Source: Hyalangium minutum (GTDB lineage Bacteria > Myxococcota > Myxococcia > Myxococcales > Myxococcaceae). Taken from it: a stretch of 124,000 bases of DNA. The position numbers were made by a program, and so were the translations under genes. Shown piece after piece: positions 1 to 9,746 of the stretch; positions within the stretch are counted from its first letter, which is position 1, and each line of letters opens with the position of its first letter. The DNA lies in the NCBI RefSeq assembly GCF_000737315.1, contig NZ_JMCB01000005.1, positions 20,001-144,000 on the forward strand. The letters run 5' to 3'. The notes beneath the pieces were generated by a model. It saw nothing but the letters and a program-made list of their open reading frames with translations, was not told the origin of the DNA and did not search any database.

Positions 1-641
1 TCGGGGCGGCCGAAGATCTGCTCCAGCTCCTTCTCGTAGAGGGCTTGGATTTCCTGGAGGGCCTTCTGGTCCTCCTCGATGCGGGTGAGGAGCGCGGCCT
101 TCCACGCGGGCGACTGCGGGAGCGACTCGATGGCGGCGCGCAGGTCCGTGAGGGAGTCCTTGAAGGCGAGCTTGTCGCCGTCGCGCAGGTCGGGCGACTT
201 CTCCAGCCACTCGAGGAAGGCGGAGATGCCGGCCGGCGCGGCTGTGCTGCTGGCGGTGGCGGTGAGTTCCTCGCCGAACTGCTCGCCGAGCTCATCAAGG
301 GCGTGCCGGTTCTGCTCGAAGATCATCCGGCCGACGACGGTGATGCGCTCACGGGCATCGTCATCGAGCGAGGCCTGATCCGAGGCCAGGACGATGTTCT
401 TCCGGTAGCGGGTGACGATCTCGCTCAGCTCCTGGGCGCGGGAGGCCGGAACGGCGGGCGCCGAAGCCGCGGCAGATGGGGTGCTAGGGCTCGGCGAGGA
501 GGGCGCGGTAGCGGCAGGAGCCGGGGGCGTCGCGGGAGGATTGGATGCCTTGCCCTTGCAAGAGGTGAGGAGGCCAACGGCGGCGAGCGTGATCAGGCTC
601 GTCGCGAGGCGCGAGAATCGAGCCGAGCGGGAAGTGTGCAT
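1..641 (-). CDS. Lipoprotein, runs off the window edge (product unknown)
   Basis: Manual translation from ATG at 641: MHTSRSARFSRLATSLITLAAVGLLTSC lipobox, Pro/Ala linker, helical domain; no stop in the window, so it is absent from the ORF track. Confidence 0.75.
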   Translation of the reverse strand, partial: MHTSRSARFSRLATSLITLAAVGLLTSCKGKASNPPATPPAPAATAPSSPSPSTPSAAASAPAVPASRAQELSEIVTRYRKNIVLASDQASLDDDARERITVVGRMIFEQNRHALDELGEQFGEELTATASSTAAPAGISAFLEWLEKSPDLRDGDKLAFKDSLTDLRAAIESLPQSPAWKAALLTRIEEDQKALQEIQALYEKELEQIFGRP

Positions 642-770
642 GTGAACTGAGGGACTCCGCCGCGAAGAATGCCGGGCCGAGCGTGGGGTGCCAAGTCGCA
701 TCAAGTAGGACTATGACGCACAGTGAAGCGCCCGCATCCTTATATAGGAGCGAGCAGGCTCCACGCGGGG

Positions 771-1349
771 TCAGGGCGACCGGAGCGGGGGCCAGAGGTC
801 ACCGAGCTTCAGCTCGATGGCATCGAAGGGCTCGGCGCGGATGACGTCGTCCTCGCCGTAGACGCCCAGTTCCAGCCAGCGCCCGCTGCTCAGCTTGCTG
901 ACAGAGAGCGTCCGCGCCTCGATGTCGATGAACCAGAGGTGGCCCACGTCGATGCGTGCGTAGAAGGGGCGCTTGATGCGCTGATCATAGGCACGCGTCG
1001 TGGGCGAAAGGATCTCGCAGGCCCAGTCTGGAGCAACGGTCCAGCGCTCAGGCCACTCCGGCACACGTTCACGGCGCCAGCCGGCGAGGTCTGGGATGAA
1101 CTCGGGAGAGCCTTCGAGTTGGATGCCGGGTTCCGTTTCGATCCACCAGCCGCCCGGGCCACCGCGACCTACCTGGAAGGGACCGTCGAGCCCACCGAAG
1201 AGCCTGCCTTCGACGATGCCGTGACCCGCGCGTGGACGGGCATGGGTATAGAGCGTCCCCTCGATGATCTCTCCCACGAGGTTCTCTGGGAGAGCTTCGA
1301 GGTCGGCGAGGGTCGGGGGACCCTTGAGCTGTCGTGCGCCGTAACCCAT
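771..1349 (-). CDS. Uma2/DUF820 family putative endonuclease
   Basis: PTLADLEALPENLVGEIIEG, PDLAGWRRER, APDWACEILSPTT motifs; start trimmed to MGYGARQ. Confidence 0.9.
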   Translation of the reverse strand: MGYGARQLKGPPTLADLEALPENLVGEIIEGTLYTHARPRAGHGIVEGRLFGGLDGPFQVGRGGPGGWWIETEPGIQLEGSPEFIPDLAGWRRERVPEWPERWTVAPDWACEILSPTTRAYDQRIKRPFYARIDVGHLWFIDIEARTLSVSKLSSGRWLELGVYGEDDVIRAEPFDAIELKLGDLWPPLRSP

Positions 1350-1415
1350 GGGATAAGTCTGGAGATAACGCGGGCCGCTGGCAAGCAAGCCCACGGTGGG
1401 CTGCTCATTCCCTGG

Positions 1416-2153
1416 CTACAGCTTCAGCTTCTTGAAGATGCCCTCAGGGATGGAGCGGATGATGAACATGATGAGGGCCCACTTGGCGGGGACGTAGACC
1501 TCGTTCTTGCGTTTATCGGCCGCACGCAGAATCCCTCGGGCGACTTGCTCCGGCGAGGCAAAGAGCTTGTTCTTCGGGATGTGCGCCGTCATGGGCGTGT
1601 CCACGAAGCCGGGCTTCACCGTCACCACGGCGACACCCGAGCGCGACAGCCGGTTGCGCAGCCCCTGGAGGAACACGTTCAGCGCGCCCTTCGAGGCGCC
1701 ATACACGTAGTTGCTCTGCCGGCCCCGGTCTCCCGCCACCGAGGAGATGACTACCAGCGTGCCGGCCTTTTGCGCCTCGAAGCGGTTGGCGAGCACCGTC
1801 AGCAGGGAGGCCGCGCTCAGGAAGTTGGTGCGCAGCACCTTCTCCGTCTCTGCCCAGGAGCGCTCGCAGGTCTTCTGGTCTCCGAGCACGCCGTGCGCAA
1901 TCAGCGCTCCATCCAATCCGCCGAGTGCCTGAGCCGCACGTTCCACCAGTGCCTCGTGCGCGGAGAAGTCGTCGAGATCCAGCGCCTGCTGCTCCACCTT
2001 GGCGGCCCCGCGAGTGGCTGCGTCCCTCGCGACCGCATCGAGGTTCGTGGCGTTGCGGCCCACCAGATACAGCGCGGCCCCACGCGCGGCGAGCAGCCGC
2101 ACCGTGGCCTGTGCGATGGCGCTCGTGGCACCGAGGACAAGGACCTTCTTCAT
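1416..2153 (-). CDS. SDR oxidoreductase, DprE2-like
   Basis: GATSAIA Rossmann start, YGASK catalytic motif; overlaps the stop of the dprE1-like gene. Confidence 0.85.
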   Translation of the reverse strand: MKKVLVLGATSAIAQATVRLLAARGAALYLVGRNATNLDAVARDAATRGAAKVEQQALDLDDFSAHEALVERAAQALGGLDGALIAHGVLGDQKTCERSWAETEKVLRTNFLSAASLLTVLANRFEAQKAGTLVVISSVAGDRGRQSNYVYGASKGALNVFLQGLRNRLSRSGVAVVTVKPGFVDTPMTAHIPKNKLFASPEQVARGILRAADKRKNEVYVPAKWALIMFIIRSIPEGIFKKLKL

Positions 2154-3505
2154 GGTGAGCGGACCATAGCTTGTGCTTGCGACGAATCGAGCACCCGGCG
2201 CCAGAAGGAAGACGAGAACGCGGGGTCCACGTACGGCTTGAATCGCTCGAGCTGCGGGAAGTATGCCGCGAAGTTCTCAGCGCTCATCCGTGCATCCTTC
2301 GCCGGGTACACCGCACCGCCTGCTTGCCGCGTGACGTGATCCAACTCCGCCACCAGCTTCCAGGTGCGCTCGCCCCGGTTCGCGAAGTCCAGCGCCAGCG
2401 TCACTCCCGGCCGAGGGAAGGACAGCCACCCCGGCGACGCCACGCTCCCAAACGTCTTCAGCACGTTCAGGAAGCTCGGCACCTCGCGTGCGCTGCGCTC
2501 CAAAATCTCCCGCAGCGCATCCCGAGCCGTCGCATGCGGCACCACGCACTGGAACTGCAAGAACCCCCGCCGTCCGTAGATGCGGTTCCACCGATGCACG
2601 GCATCCAGTGGATAGAAGAACGGATCGTAGTGCTGCAGCTTGGGGCCCCGGTTGATCAGGTTCACCCGGTAGTAGAGCCAGTTGAACGCCGCCACCGACA
2701 GCCAGTTCAGGCTGAAGCCCGGAAAATCGATCGGCACCACCAGCCCCGAGCCGCTGTTCAAGTGGCTCTTCTTCAGCGGCAGCCCCTCCAGCTGCGGCGG
2801 CGCGAAGTTCCCCCGGTAATACAGCCCGCGTCCCAGCCTCCGGCCCTTCGCCAGCCCATCCAGCCACGCGACCGTGAACTCGTAGTCCGGCTCGGACTCC
2901 CGTGACACTTCGAAGAACGCGTCCAGGTTCTCCAGCGGCACGGTCTCCGTCAGCACGAACGGGTTGTGAATGGGCCGCAGCTGCACCTCGGCCCACAGGA
3001 TGAGCCCCGTCAGTCCCAGGCCCGCGATGGTGGCCTCGTACCAGTCACGGTTCTCCTCGGGAGAGCACACCCGCCGGCTGCCATCCGAGCGCAGCAGCTC
3101 GAACCGCTTCACATACCGTCCGAACGTTCCGGCCCGGTGGTGGTTCTTGCCGTGCACATCGTTTGCGATCGCCCCACCCACCGTGACGAACTTCGTCCCC
3201 GGCGTGACCGGCAGGAACCAGCCCCGAGGCACTGCCAGCCGGAGAAGGGTCTCCAGCGTGACGCCCGCCTCGCACCGCACCACGCCCGTGGCCGCATCGA
3301 AGTCCAGCAGCCGGTCCAGCGCCGCCGTGGTGAGCAGCGTGCCGCCCTCGTTCAGGCACGAGTCCCCATAGCTCCGCCCCATCCCGTACGGCAGCAGGGT
3401 GCCATCACCGGCCTCCGGGAGCCGGTCCGTCTGCCAGACGATGGGGTGCGCCGCCTGCTGCGTGGCAAGCGGGTAGCGCCCCCAAGATTGATGCCCGTTC
3501 GTCAT
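2150..3505 (-). CDS. FAD-binding oxidoreductase, DprE1-like
   Basis: GRSYGD, VTPGTKFVTVGGAIANDVHGKNHH, YPAKD motifs. Confidence 0.9.
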   Translation of the reverse strand: MTNGHQSWGRYPLATQQAAHPIVWQTDRLPEAGDGTLLPYGMGRSYGDSCLNEGGTLLTTAALDRLLDFDAATGVVRCEAGVTLETLLRLAVPRGWFLPVTPGTKFVTVGGAIANDVHGKNHHRAGTFGRYVKRFELLRSDGSRRVCSPEENRDWYEATIAGLGLTGLILWAEVQLRPIHNPFVLTETVPLENLDAFFEVSRESEPDYEFTVAWLDGLAKGRRLGRGLYYRGNFAPPQLEGLPLKKSHLNSGSGLVVPIDFPGFSLNWLSVAAFNWLYYRVNLINRGPKLQHYDPFFYPLDAVHRWNRIYGRRGFLQFQCVVPHATARDALREILERSAREVPSFLNVLKTFGSVASPGWLSFPRPGVTLALDFANRGERTWKLVAELDHVTRQAGGAVYPAKDARMSAENFAAYFPQLERFKPYVDPAFSSSFWRRVLDSSQAQAMVRSP

Positions 3506-3515
3506 CCTGGCCTGC

Positions 3516-4964
3516 TCACGTGGCCACCAGCAGCACGAGCGCCGCCACCAGCCCCACCGCGTAGCTCACCTTATCTCGCAGCGCAAAGACCAGCGGATCC
3601 TCGTTCACCAGTCCCCGGTGCGCCAGCAGCCACACCCGGCTCACCCAGTACAGCATCACCGGGCACAGCATCCACAGCCGCTCGGGGTTGCTGTAGAGGA
3701 CCGTCACCTCCTTGCTGGTGATGTAGAACGCCAGCACCAGCACCGAGATGTACCCGGCCGCCACACCCAGGCTCGCCAGCTGCTCGTAGTCGCTCGCCAG
3801 GTAGCCTCGGCCCGGCGTCGCCTCCTCGTTGGCCAGCCGCAGCCGCCGGACCTCGGACAGCCGCTTCACCAGCGCCAGCGACAGGAACAGGAACATCGAG
3901 AAGGTGAACAGCCAGCTCGACGTCGGCACCCCCGTCGCAAGCGAGCCGCCGAAGATGCGCACCGTGTACAGGCCCGCCAGCACCAGCACATCCAGCACCA
4001 TCACCTGCTTGAGGTGCAGCGAGTACGCGAACGTCGCCAGATAGTACGTGGCCAGCAGCCCCACGAAGGGCAGCGGCAGCAGCAGCGCCGCCACCGTGAA
4101 GCCCGCCACCAACAGCACCGGCGCCAGCACCGCTCCCACCCTCACCGGCAAGTCACCCGAGGCGAACGGGCGCTTGCGCTTGGTCGGGTGCTGCCGGTCC
4201 GAGTCCAAGTCGAGCAAGTCATTGAGGATGTACACGCTGGATGCGCACAGGCTGAACGCCACGAAGGCCAGCGCCGCCTGCATCAGCAGCTCGAACTGCT
4301 GGGCCTTGTGCGCCAGCAGCGCCGGGACGAAGACCAGGATGTTCTTGGCCCACTGGTGCACGCGCAGCGCCTTCACCCACGTGCGCACGCTCGTGCGAGG
4401 CGCCTCGAAGACGCGCACCTCGCCCCGGCCCAGCGCACGCACCTTGCGCTCCAGCCCGGACGAGCCGTGCACCACCACCGCCCGCCGTGCCTCGCGCCAC
4501 AGCGCCAGGTCCACCTCGCCATCGCCCGCGTAGTCGAACTCGGGGTGCGCCTGCTTCAGCCGCGCCAGCTTCCTCGCGCCCGAGAGGTTCACCGTGCCGT
4601 CGCTGGCGTACACCTCGGAGAACAACTCCAGGTGCGCCGCCACCGCGTCCGCAATGGTCTGATCCGCCGCCGTCGCCAGCACCAGCCGCCGGCCCCGCGC
4701 CTTCTCCTCCCGAAGGTAGGCCAGCAGTGGCTCGCTGTAGGGCAGGCGCGCGGCATCCAGCTTCACCCGTCGTCCCACCTCCGCCTTGAAGGCCGCCTTG
4801 CCCTTGAGCATCCACAGCGCCGCGAGCACCAGCAGCAGCGGGTTGCGCTTGAGCAGCACCAGCAGGCTCTCGTGCAGCGTGTCCGTGCGCACCAGTGTCC
4901 CGTCGAGATCGACGACGAGCGGCACGTCCGAGGCCGAGGTGGTGGCAGGTGAGGCGGAGGACAT
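3516..4964 (-). CDS. UbiA-family decaprenyl-phosphate phosphoribosyltransferase with N-terminal HAD-like domain
   Basis: VDLDGTL HAD motif followed by QWAKN...NDLLDLDSDRQHPTKRKRP; start trimmed to MSSASP. Confidence 0.9.
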   Translation of the reverse strand: MSSASPATTSASDVPLVVDLDGTLVRTDTLHESLLVLLKRNPLLLVLAALWMLKGKAAFKAEVGRRVKLDAARLPYSEPLLAYLREEKARGRRLVLATAADQTIADAVAAHLELFSEVYASDGTVNLSGARKLARLKQAHPEFDYAGDGEVDLALWREARRAVVVHGSSGLERKVRALGRGEVRVFEAPRTSVRTWVKALRVHQWAKNILVFVPALLAHKAQQFELLMQAALAFVAFSLCASSVYILNDLLDLDSDRQHPTKRKRPFASGDLPVRVGAVLAPVLLVAGFTVAALLLPLPFVGLLATYYLATFAYSLHLKQVMVLDVLVLAGLYTVRIFGGSLATGVPTSSWLFTFSMFLFLSLALVKRLSEVRRLRLANEEATPGRGYLASDYEQLASLGVAAGYISVLVLAFYITSKEVTVLYSNPERLWMLCPVMLYWVSRVWLLAHRGLVNEDPLVFALRDKVSYAVGLVAALVLLVAT

Positions 4965-5061
4965 CACGGAGCCCCGTAGGGTAGCGCGGGCCCGCCACAG
5001 GCTCCATTTCCACGTGACGGCTGCTGGCCCGGACCCGGAGGGAGGGAGGGATCGGGCGCGC

Positions 5062-6102
5062 TCATTCCGGCTGGGCGAGGATGAGCGTCTGCAGCGGTAG
5101 CCGCCGGATGGGCTGCGTCTTGGTGATCTTGAAGCCCGCGTCGTCCAGGAAGCCCTCCACCTCGGCAGGCGTGTACGCCGCCGCCTTCGAGGTGAGGAAG
5201 TAGTGCAGGCCAATGAGGGCCGAGGCGCTCGGCTCGGCCTCCACCTCCTCGCGCAGGTACTCCAGGACAGCGAGCGTGCCCTTGGGCCCCAGCGCGGTGC
5301 GCACCCGGCGCAGCAGCGCCACGTTCTGCGCGGGCGACAGGTGGTGCACCACCTGAAACAGGAGCGCCGCATCGTACGGGCCGCCCAGCTCCGCCGTGAG
5401 GATGTCGCCCTCACGGTGCGTCACCACGTGCGACAGGCCCGCCGCCGCGATGATCTCCCGCCCCACGCGTGCACTGCCCTCCAGGTCCACCACCGTGGCC
5501 TTCAGCCCGCGGTGCTTCTGGCACAGCTCCGCCGAGAACCAGCCATGCGCCCCGCCCAGGTCCAGCAGGTGCTTGGCGCCTCGGGGCAGCGGAATGGCCG
5601 AGGCCACCTCCGGCGCCGCCAGCCGCGCCAGCTGGTGCATGGCGTGGATGTAGTCCTTCCACCGCGGGTCATCCGGCGCGAAGTCGTGGATGTCCACCGG
5701 CTTGCCGGTGCGCACTGTCTCCTCCAACTCGCTCCACCACGACCACTGGGCGTAGTTGAACTCGATGAAGCCGCCGATGTACTGCGGCGAGCGCGGATCC
5801 AGCCAGCGCCGCGCCCGCTCATCCAGCAGGTAGCGGTCGCGCTTGCGCTTCACCACCTCGCAGGACACCAGGCCCTCGAGCAGTGCGCGCGTCCCCTCGG
5901 GCGAGAGCTTCAGCCGCTCGGCCAGGGCCTCCGCGGTGGCCGGGCCCTCCGCCAGCGCCGCGTACACCCCCAGCCTCACGCCCGCCATCATCGTCCGGGA
6001 GCTCATCATCCCGAAGAAGACGTGGGCGATGGGCATGGGCGCCAGGTTGAACCAGTTCGCCACCCGCTCCAACAGGTTGTCCGCCCTGAAGCCGAGCCGC
6101 AC
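5062..6102 (-). CDS. SAM-dependent O-methyltransferase with dimerisation domain
   Basis: LLDLGGAHG SAM motif; GTG start behind GAGGAG, overlapping the upstream stop. Confidence 0.85.
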   Translation of the reverse strand: MRLGFRADNLLERVANWFNLAPMPIAHVFFGMMSSRTMMAGVRLGVYAALAEGPATAEALAERLKLSPEGTRALLEGLVSCEVVKRKRDRYLLDERARRWLDPRSPQYIGGFIEFNYAQWSWWSELEETVRTGKPVDIHDFAPDDPRWKDYIHAMHQLARLAAPEVASAIPLPRGAKHLLDLGGAHGWFSAELCQKHRGLKATVVDLEGSARVGREIIAAAGLSHVVTHREGDILTAELGGPYDAALLFQVVHHLSPAQNVALLRRVRTALGPKGTLAVLEYLREEVEAEPSASALIGLHYFLTSKAAAYTPAEVEGFLDDAGFKITKTQPIRRLPLQTLILAQPE

Positions 6103-6464
6103 TACGCCCTCCTCCGCAACGCCACCGCCAGCCCCACTCCCACCACCACCATCGCGGCCTCGGGGCCGCCCAGGCAGCCCACGCGCTCGGCCTCGCGAAT
6201 CCCGGTGTAGCGGCACTTGCCCTGGTTGCAATTGAAGCGCGGCGAGCAGTCGGAGCTGCTCCGGCAGTTCACCACCACGCGGCCCACGCCATCCTCACCT
6301 TCTGGGTTGTCCCGGTCCGGTCCACCCTCTCCCACCGAGGCGTCCGGCGCGGTGGAAGTCCCCCCATCCTCCCCACCTGTCTGGGCGTGTGCGGCCCAGG
6401 GCACACCCAGACACAGGGTGATCGCGGCGGTGAGCAGGCAGGTTCTTAGGGACAGGGGGGCCAT
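6102..6464 (-). CDS. Small MYXO-CTERM protein (MXAN_6627.5-like)
   Basis: Signal peptide, CxxxxxC..C....C knot, C-terminal GC-hydrophobic-RRR sorting signal. Confidence 0.8.
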   Translation of the reverse strand: MAPLSLRTCLLTAAITLCLGVPWAAHAQTGGEDGGTSTAPDASVGEGGPDRDNPEGEDGVGRVVVNCRSSSDCSPRFNCNQGKCRYTGIREAERVGCLGGPEAAMVVVGVGLAVALRRRA

Positions 6465-6567
6465 GGGGGTGTTCTGAACCTACCCTCCCACGCGCCCGGT
6501 TGCATCCTTTGGGAGTACAAACAGTTTCCTGATCCCGACCCGGGGTTTTGCTAGGTTACGCCCACCG

Positions 6568-7896
6568 ATGGCCCCCCGAATCCTCGTCGTCGACGACAAC
6601 CAGGAGCTCCTGTCTCTTCTCACGCAGCTCTTCGAGGATGCAGGCTATGAGGTGAGCGCGGCGAGCCGGGGCAAGCAGGCCACCGAGCTGGCCAAGGGCC
6701 AGGCGCTGTCCGCCGCGGTCATCGACGTGCTGCTGCCCGACATGATGGGCTACCACCTGGCGGACGCGCTCCGGAAGGAGCAGCCGCAGGTGCCGCTGCT
6801 CTTCATCACCGGTGTGTTCAAGGGTGGCAAGCACGCCATCGAGGCCCGGCAGAAGTACGCGGCCGCCGGCTACTTCGAGAAGCCCTTCGAGGCCCAGAAG
6901 CTCCTGGAGGCGGTGGCCAAGCTGGTGCCTCCGGAGAAGAAGGCCACGCCCCCAGCCCCCCGCCCGCAGGATGCGTTCGAGGTGGAGCTGGACATCGACG
7001 TGGAGGAGGAGGGGCCGCAGGACGCGATGGAGCTCACCGGCCGCATCAAGGTGACGGGCGGTGGCAACCTGTCGGCGGAGATTCGCGGCGCCAACCTGAC
7101 GGCCAGCCCCATGCAGAAGGGGCCGGTGACCGTGGTGCGGCATCCGCAGCCGGGCCGTCCGCCGGATCCGGTGCCCGCGGGCGCGGGCGGGCCGGGCATG
7201 CGCCGCGGCGAGCTGAAGGACAACCTGCCCTCGCTCATCACTGCCTTCTTCCTGTCGAAGGAGACCGGCGAGCTGGGCGTGCAGCGCGGCAAGGTGAAGA
7301 AGGTCGTCTACTTCGAGCACGGCACGCCGGTGTTCGCGCTGTCCAACCTGTTGTCGGACCGGTTCGGCCAGTTCCTCGTGCGCGTGGGGAAGATTCGCCC
7401 CGAGCAGCTCCAGGACGCGGCCACGGTGGCCACGCAGACGCAGCGCCGCACGGGAGACATCCTGGTGGAGCGCGGGCTGCTCAAGGACACTGAGCGGCTG
7501 TACTACGTGGGCCAGCAGGTGAAGGCGATCATCTACTCGCTCTTCTCGTGGGAGGACGGCACCTACGTGATGAGCTTCAAGGAGAAGGCGACCGCCGAGT
7601 CCATCAAGCTGGACCTGCACCCGGCGAACCTGATCGTCCGCGGGGTGAAGAAGCTCTACAAGCCGGAGCGCCTGCGCCGGCTGCTGCGGCCGGAGGATCG
7701 GCTCATCCCGGCGGTGGCGCCCTCGTACAATCTCAGCGAGGTGGAGCTGGAGCGGTGGGAGGCGGAGTTGCTGCCGCGCGTGGATGGGAACCGGACGGTG
7801 GCGGAGCTCCTGGCGTACGCCAACCGGCCCGAGCAGGTGGTCTACGGCTTCCTGGTGGCGATGCAGTCGCTGGGCGTGCTGGACCGGCGGCAGTAG
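6568..7896 (+). CDS. Response regulator with C-terminal DUF4388-like domain (MXAN_6627-like)
   Basis: REC domain ILVVDD/IDVLLPD/KP plus GELGVQRGKVKKVVYFEHG domain. Confidence 0.85.
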   Translation: MAPRILVVDDNQELLSLLTQLFEDAGYEVSAASRGKQATELAKGQALSAAVIDVLLPDMMGYHLADALRKEQPQVPLLFITGVFKGGKHAIEARQKYAAAGYFEKPFEAQKLLEAVAKLVPPEKKATPPAPRPQDAFEVELDIDVEEEGPQDAMELTGRIKVTGGGNLSAEIRGANLTASPMQKGPVTVVRHPQPGRPPDPVPAGAGGPGMRRGELKDNLPSLITAFFLSKETGELGVQRGKVKKVVYFEHGTPVFALSNLLSDRFGQFLVRVGKIRPEQLQDAATVATQTQRRTGDILVERGLLKDTERLYYVGQQVKAIIYSLFSWEDGTYVMSFKEKATAESIKLDLHPANLIVRGVKKLYKPERLRRLLRPEDRLIPAVAPSYNLSEVELERWEAELLPRVDGNRTVAELLAYANRPEQVVYGFLVAMQSLGVLDRRQ

Positions 7897-7905
7897 GCGC
7901 GGCGG

Positions 7906-8547
7906 TTAGAGCCGCGAGCCGATCCAAAACATGCCGAGCGCGCCCGAGCCCACGGCGATGGCGCGGTGGACCCAGGTGGCCAGTCCCGCGCCCAGGCGGG
8001 ACATGCCCTCGGCGAAGATCAGACCCACGGCGCCCATGCCCAGGAGGATGCCCAGGGCGAAGCCGGGCAGGTAGCTCCACGCGCCCAGGCTCATGCTGCC
8101 GCCCATGAGGAGCGGGGGCAGCGCCAGCAGCAGCGAGCGCACGCCGCTGACGGCCATGAGGGCGCCCGCGGCGGTGCTGACCTTCTCGTGGACGTGGTGG
8201 TGGGGCTCCACGGTGTGGCCGGGCAGGTGCGGGTGTCCGTGGCGCAGGCTGTTGGGGAAGAGCAGGGCGGTGACGGCCAGGGCCACGAGCACGCCGCCAC
8301 CGAACACTTCGGCCCAGCGCTCGAAGGCCTCGGACAGGCCCACCCCGGCGAGCAGGCAGACAGCGGCCACCGTGCCCAGCACCGCCGCGTGGCCGAAAGC
8401 GAAGCGCAGCGCGGTGAGCAGGGCGGCGCGGCGCCGGCCGGTGCCCAGGGTGTTGAGCGTGGCCATGGCGGCGCAGTGGTCCGGCCCCACCGCGTGGAGC
8501 AGGCCCTGGCCGAGACCGACGGCGAATGCGAAGAAGACGGGAGACAC
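7906..8547 (-). CDS. UreH/NiCoT-like nickel/cobalt transporter
   Basis: HAVGPDH motif, His-rich loop (HGHPH...HHHVH), several TM helices; GTG start inferred. Confidence 0.7.
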   Translation of the reverse strand: MSPVFFAFAVGLGQGLLHAVGPDHCAAMATLNTLGTGRRRAALLTALRFAFGHAAVLGTVAAVCLLAGVGLSEAFERWAEVFGGGVLVALAVTALLFPNSLRHGHPHLPGHTVEPHHHVHEKVSTAAGALMAVSGVRSLLLALPPLLMGGSMSLGAWSYLPGFALGILLGMGAVGLIFAEGMSRLGAGLATWVHRAIAVGSGALGMFWIGSRL

Positions 8548-8613
8548 TGCGGCGCACCCTAGCCGCGCGGTGCACGTATGGCCAGCATAGGAGTCACCAT
8601 GGTTTTCACTTTG

Positions 8614-9093
8614 ATGCATCGACGGCTGGCTGCGGGGGTGTGGGTGCTGAGTTTGTGTTTGTTGCCGGGCTGTGACGAGGGCCCGAAGCAGCTCACCCAG
8701 GCCGAGGCCCAGTACGCGGACCTCGTCGGGCGCGGGGTGGCACCGAAGGATCCGGCCTGGGACTCGGTGATTGCCGCCTTCGAGGCCATCCCGAAGGACT
8801 CGAAGGCCCGGCCCGAGGCGGAGCGGCGGCTGGAAGCCTTGCGGACGCTGCGAGGCAAGCTGCCGCCCCGGCCGCTGGCCACGCCGGGTGCGACGGGGCC
8901 GGGAGCGGACGCGGTGGAGGCGCAGCGCGCGGAGTGCGAGAGGCTCGCGAAGGAGCTGGGCACGGCCTCGGAGGCGCAGCGCGAACAGGTGCGACAGGCG
9001 CTCACGGCCTGCCGGGAGAAGCTGGTGCGGCTGGAGGCCTCGGCGCACCCACCGGGCGAGGGCGGAGGAGCGGAGCCGGAGGGAGCGCACTGA
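8614..9093 (+). CDS. Hypothetical lipoprotein
   Basis: LLPGC lipobox; helical body. Confidence 0.7.
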   Translation: MHRRLAAGVWVLSLCLLPGCDEGPKQLTQAEAQYADLVGRGVAPKDPAWDSVIAAFEAIPKDSKARPEAERRLEALRTLRGKLPPRPLATPGATGPGADAVEAQRAECERLAKELGTASEAQREQVRQALTACREKLVRLEASAHPPGEGGGAEPEGAH

Positions 9094-9170
9094 CGCCGGG
9101 GTGGGCGCGCCACAGGTGACCTGTGAAGTAGTGCTTGCCTCAGCCGAGCGAGGGAGCTAGCACAAGGGCC

Positions 9171-9734
9171 ATGCCCTTCCCCTCAGTTGGCAGCAAGGCC
9201 CCCGACTTCAAGCTCGCTGATCAGACCGGCAAGACCGTGTCCCTCGCGCAGTTCGCGGGAAAGAACGTCGTCCTCTACTTCTACCCGAAGGACGACACCC
9301 CCGGCTGCACGGTGGAGGCCTGCAACTTCCGCGACGAGCACTCGGCGCTGGAGAAGGCGGGCGCGGTGGTGCTGGGCGTGTCGCCGGACACCACGAAGAG
9401 CCACGAGAAGTTCGCCAACAAGTTCAACCTGCCGTTCCCGCTGCTGGCGGACATCGAGCACAAGGTGGCGGACGCGTACGGCGCGTGGGGCGAGAAGGTG
9501 AACTACGGCCGCACGTACATGGGCATCATCCGCTCCACGGTGCTCATCGACGGCGAGGGCAAGGTGAAGCACGTGTGGCCGAAGGTGAAGGTGAACGGCC
9601 ACGTGAACGAGGTGCTCTCGATGCTGACCGGAGGCACCGCCGAGGCCCCGGCCGCGGCGAAGAAGGCGCCCGCCAAGAAGGCCGCCGCGAAGAAGGCTCC
9701 CGCCGCGAAGAAGGCCGCTCCGCGCAGCCGCTGA
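9171..9734 (+). CDS. bcp: Peroxiredoxin Bcp with Lys/Ala-rich tail
   Basis: YFYPKDDTPGCTVEAC; C-terminal AKKA repeats. Confidence 0.92.
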   Translation: MPFPSVGSKAPDFKLADQTGKTVSLAQFAGKNVVLYFYPKDDTPGCTVEACNFRDEHSALEKAGAVVLGVSPDTTKSHEKFANKFNLPFPLLADIEHKVADAYGAWGEKVNYGRTYMGIIRSTVLIDGEGKVKHVWPKVKVNGHVNEVLSMLTGGTAEAPAAAKKAPAKKAAAKKAPAAKKAAPRSR

Positions 9735-9746
9735 GTTCGACTCAGG

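Noticed and set aside
771-1349. Uma2 gene as a defence or restriction system
   Set aside because: Uma2/DUF820 genes are abundant singletons in myxobacteria; no methylase or partner nearby.
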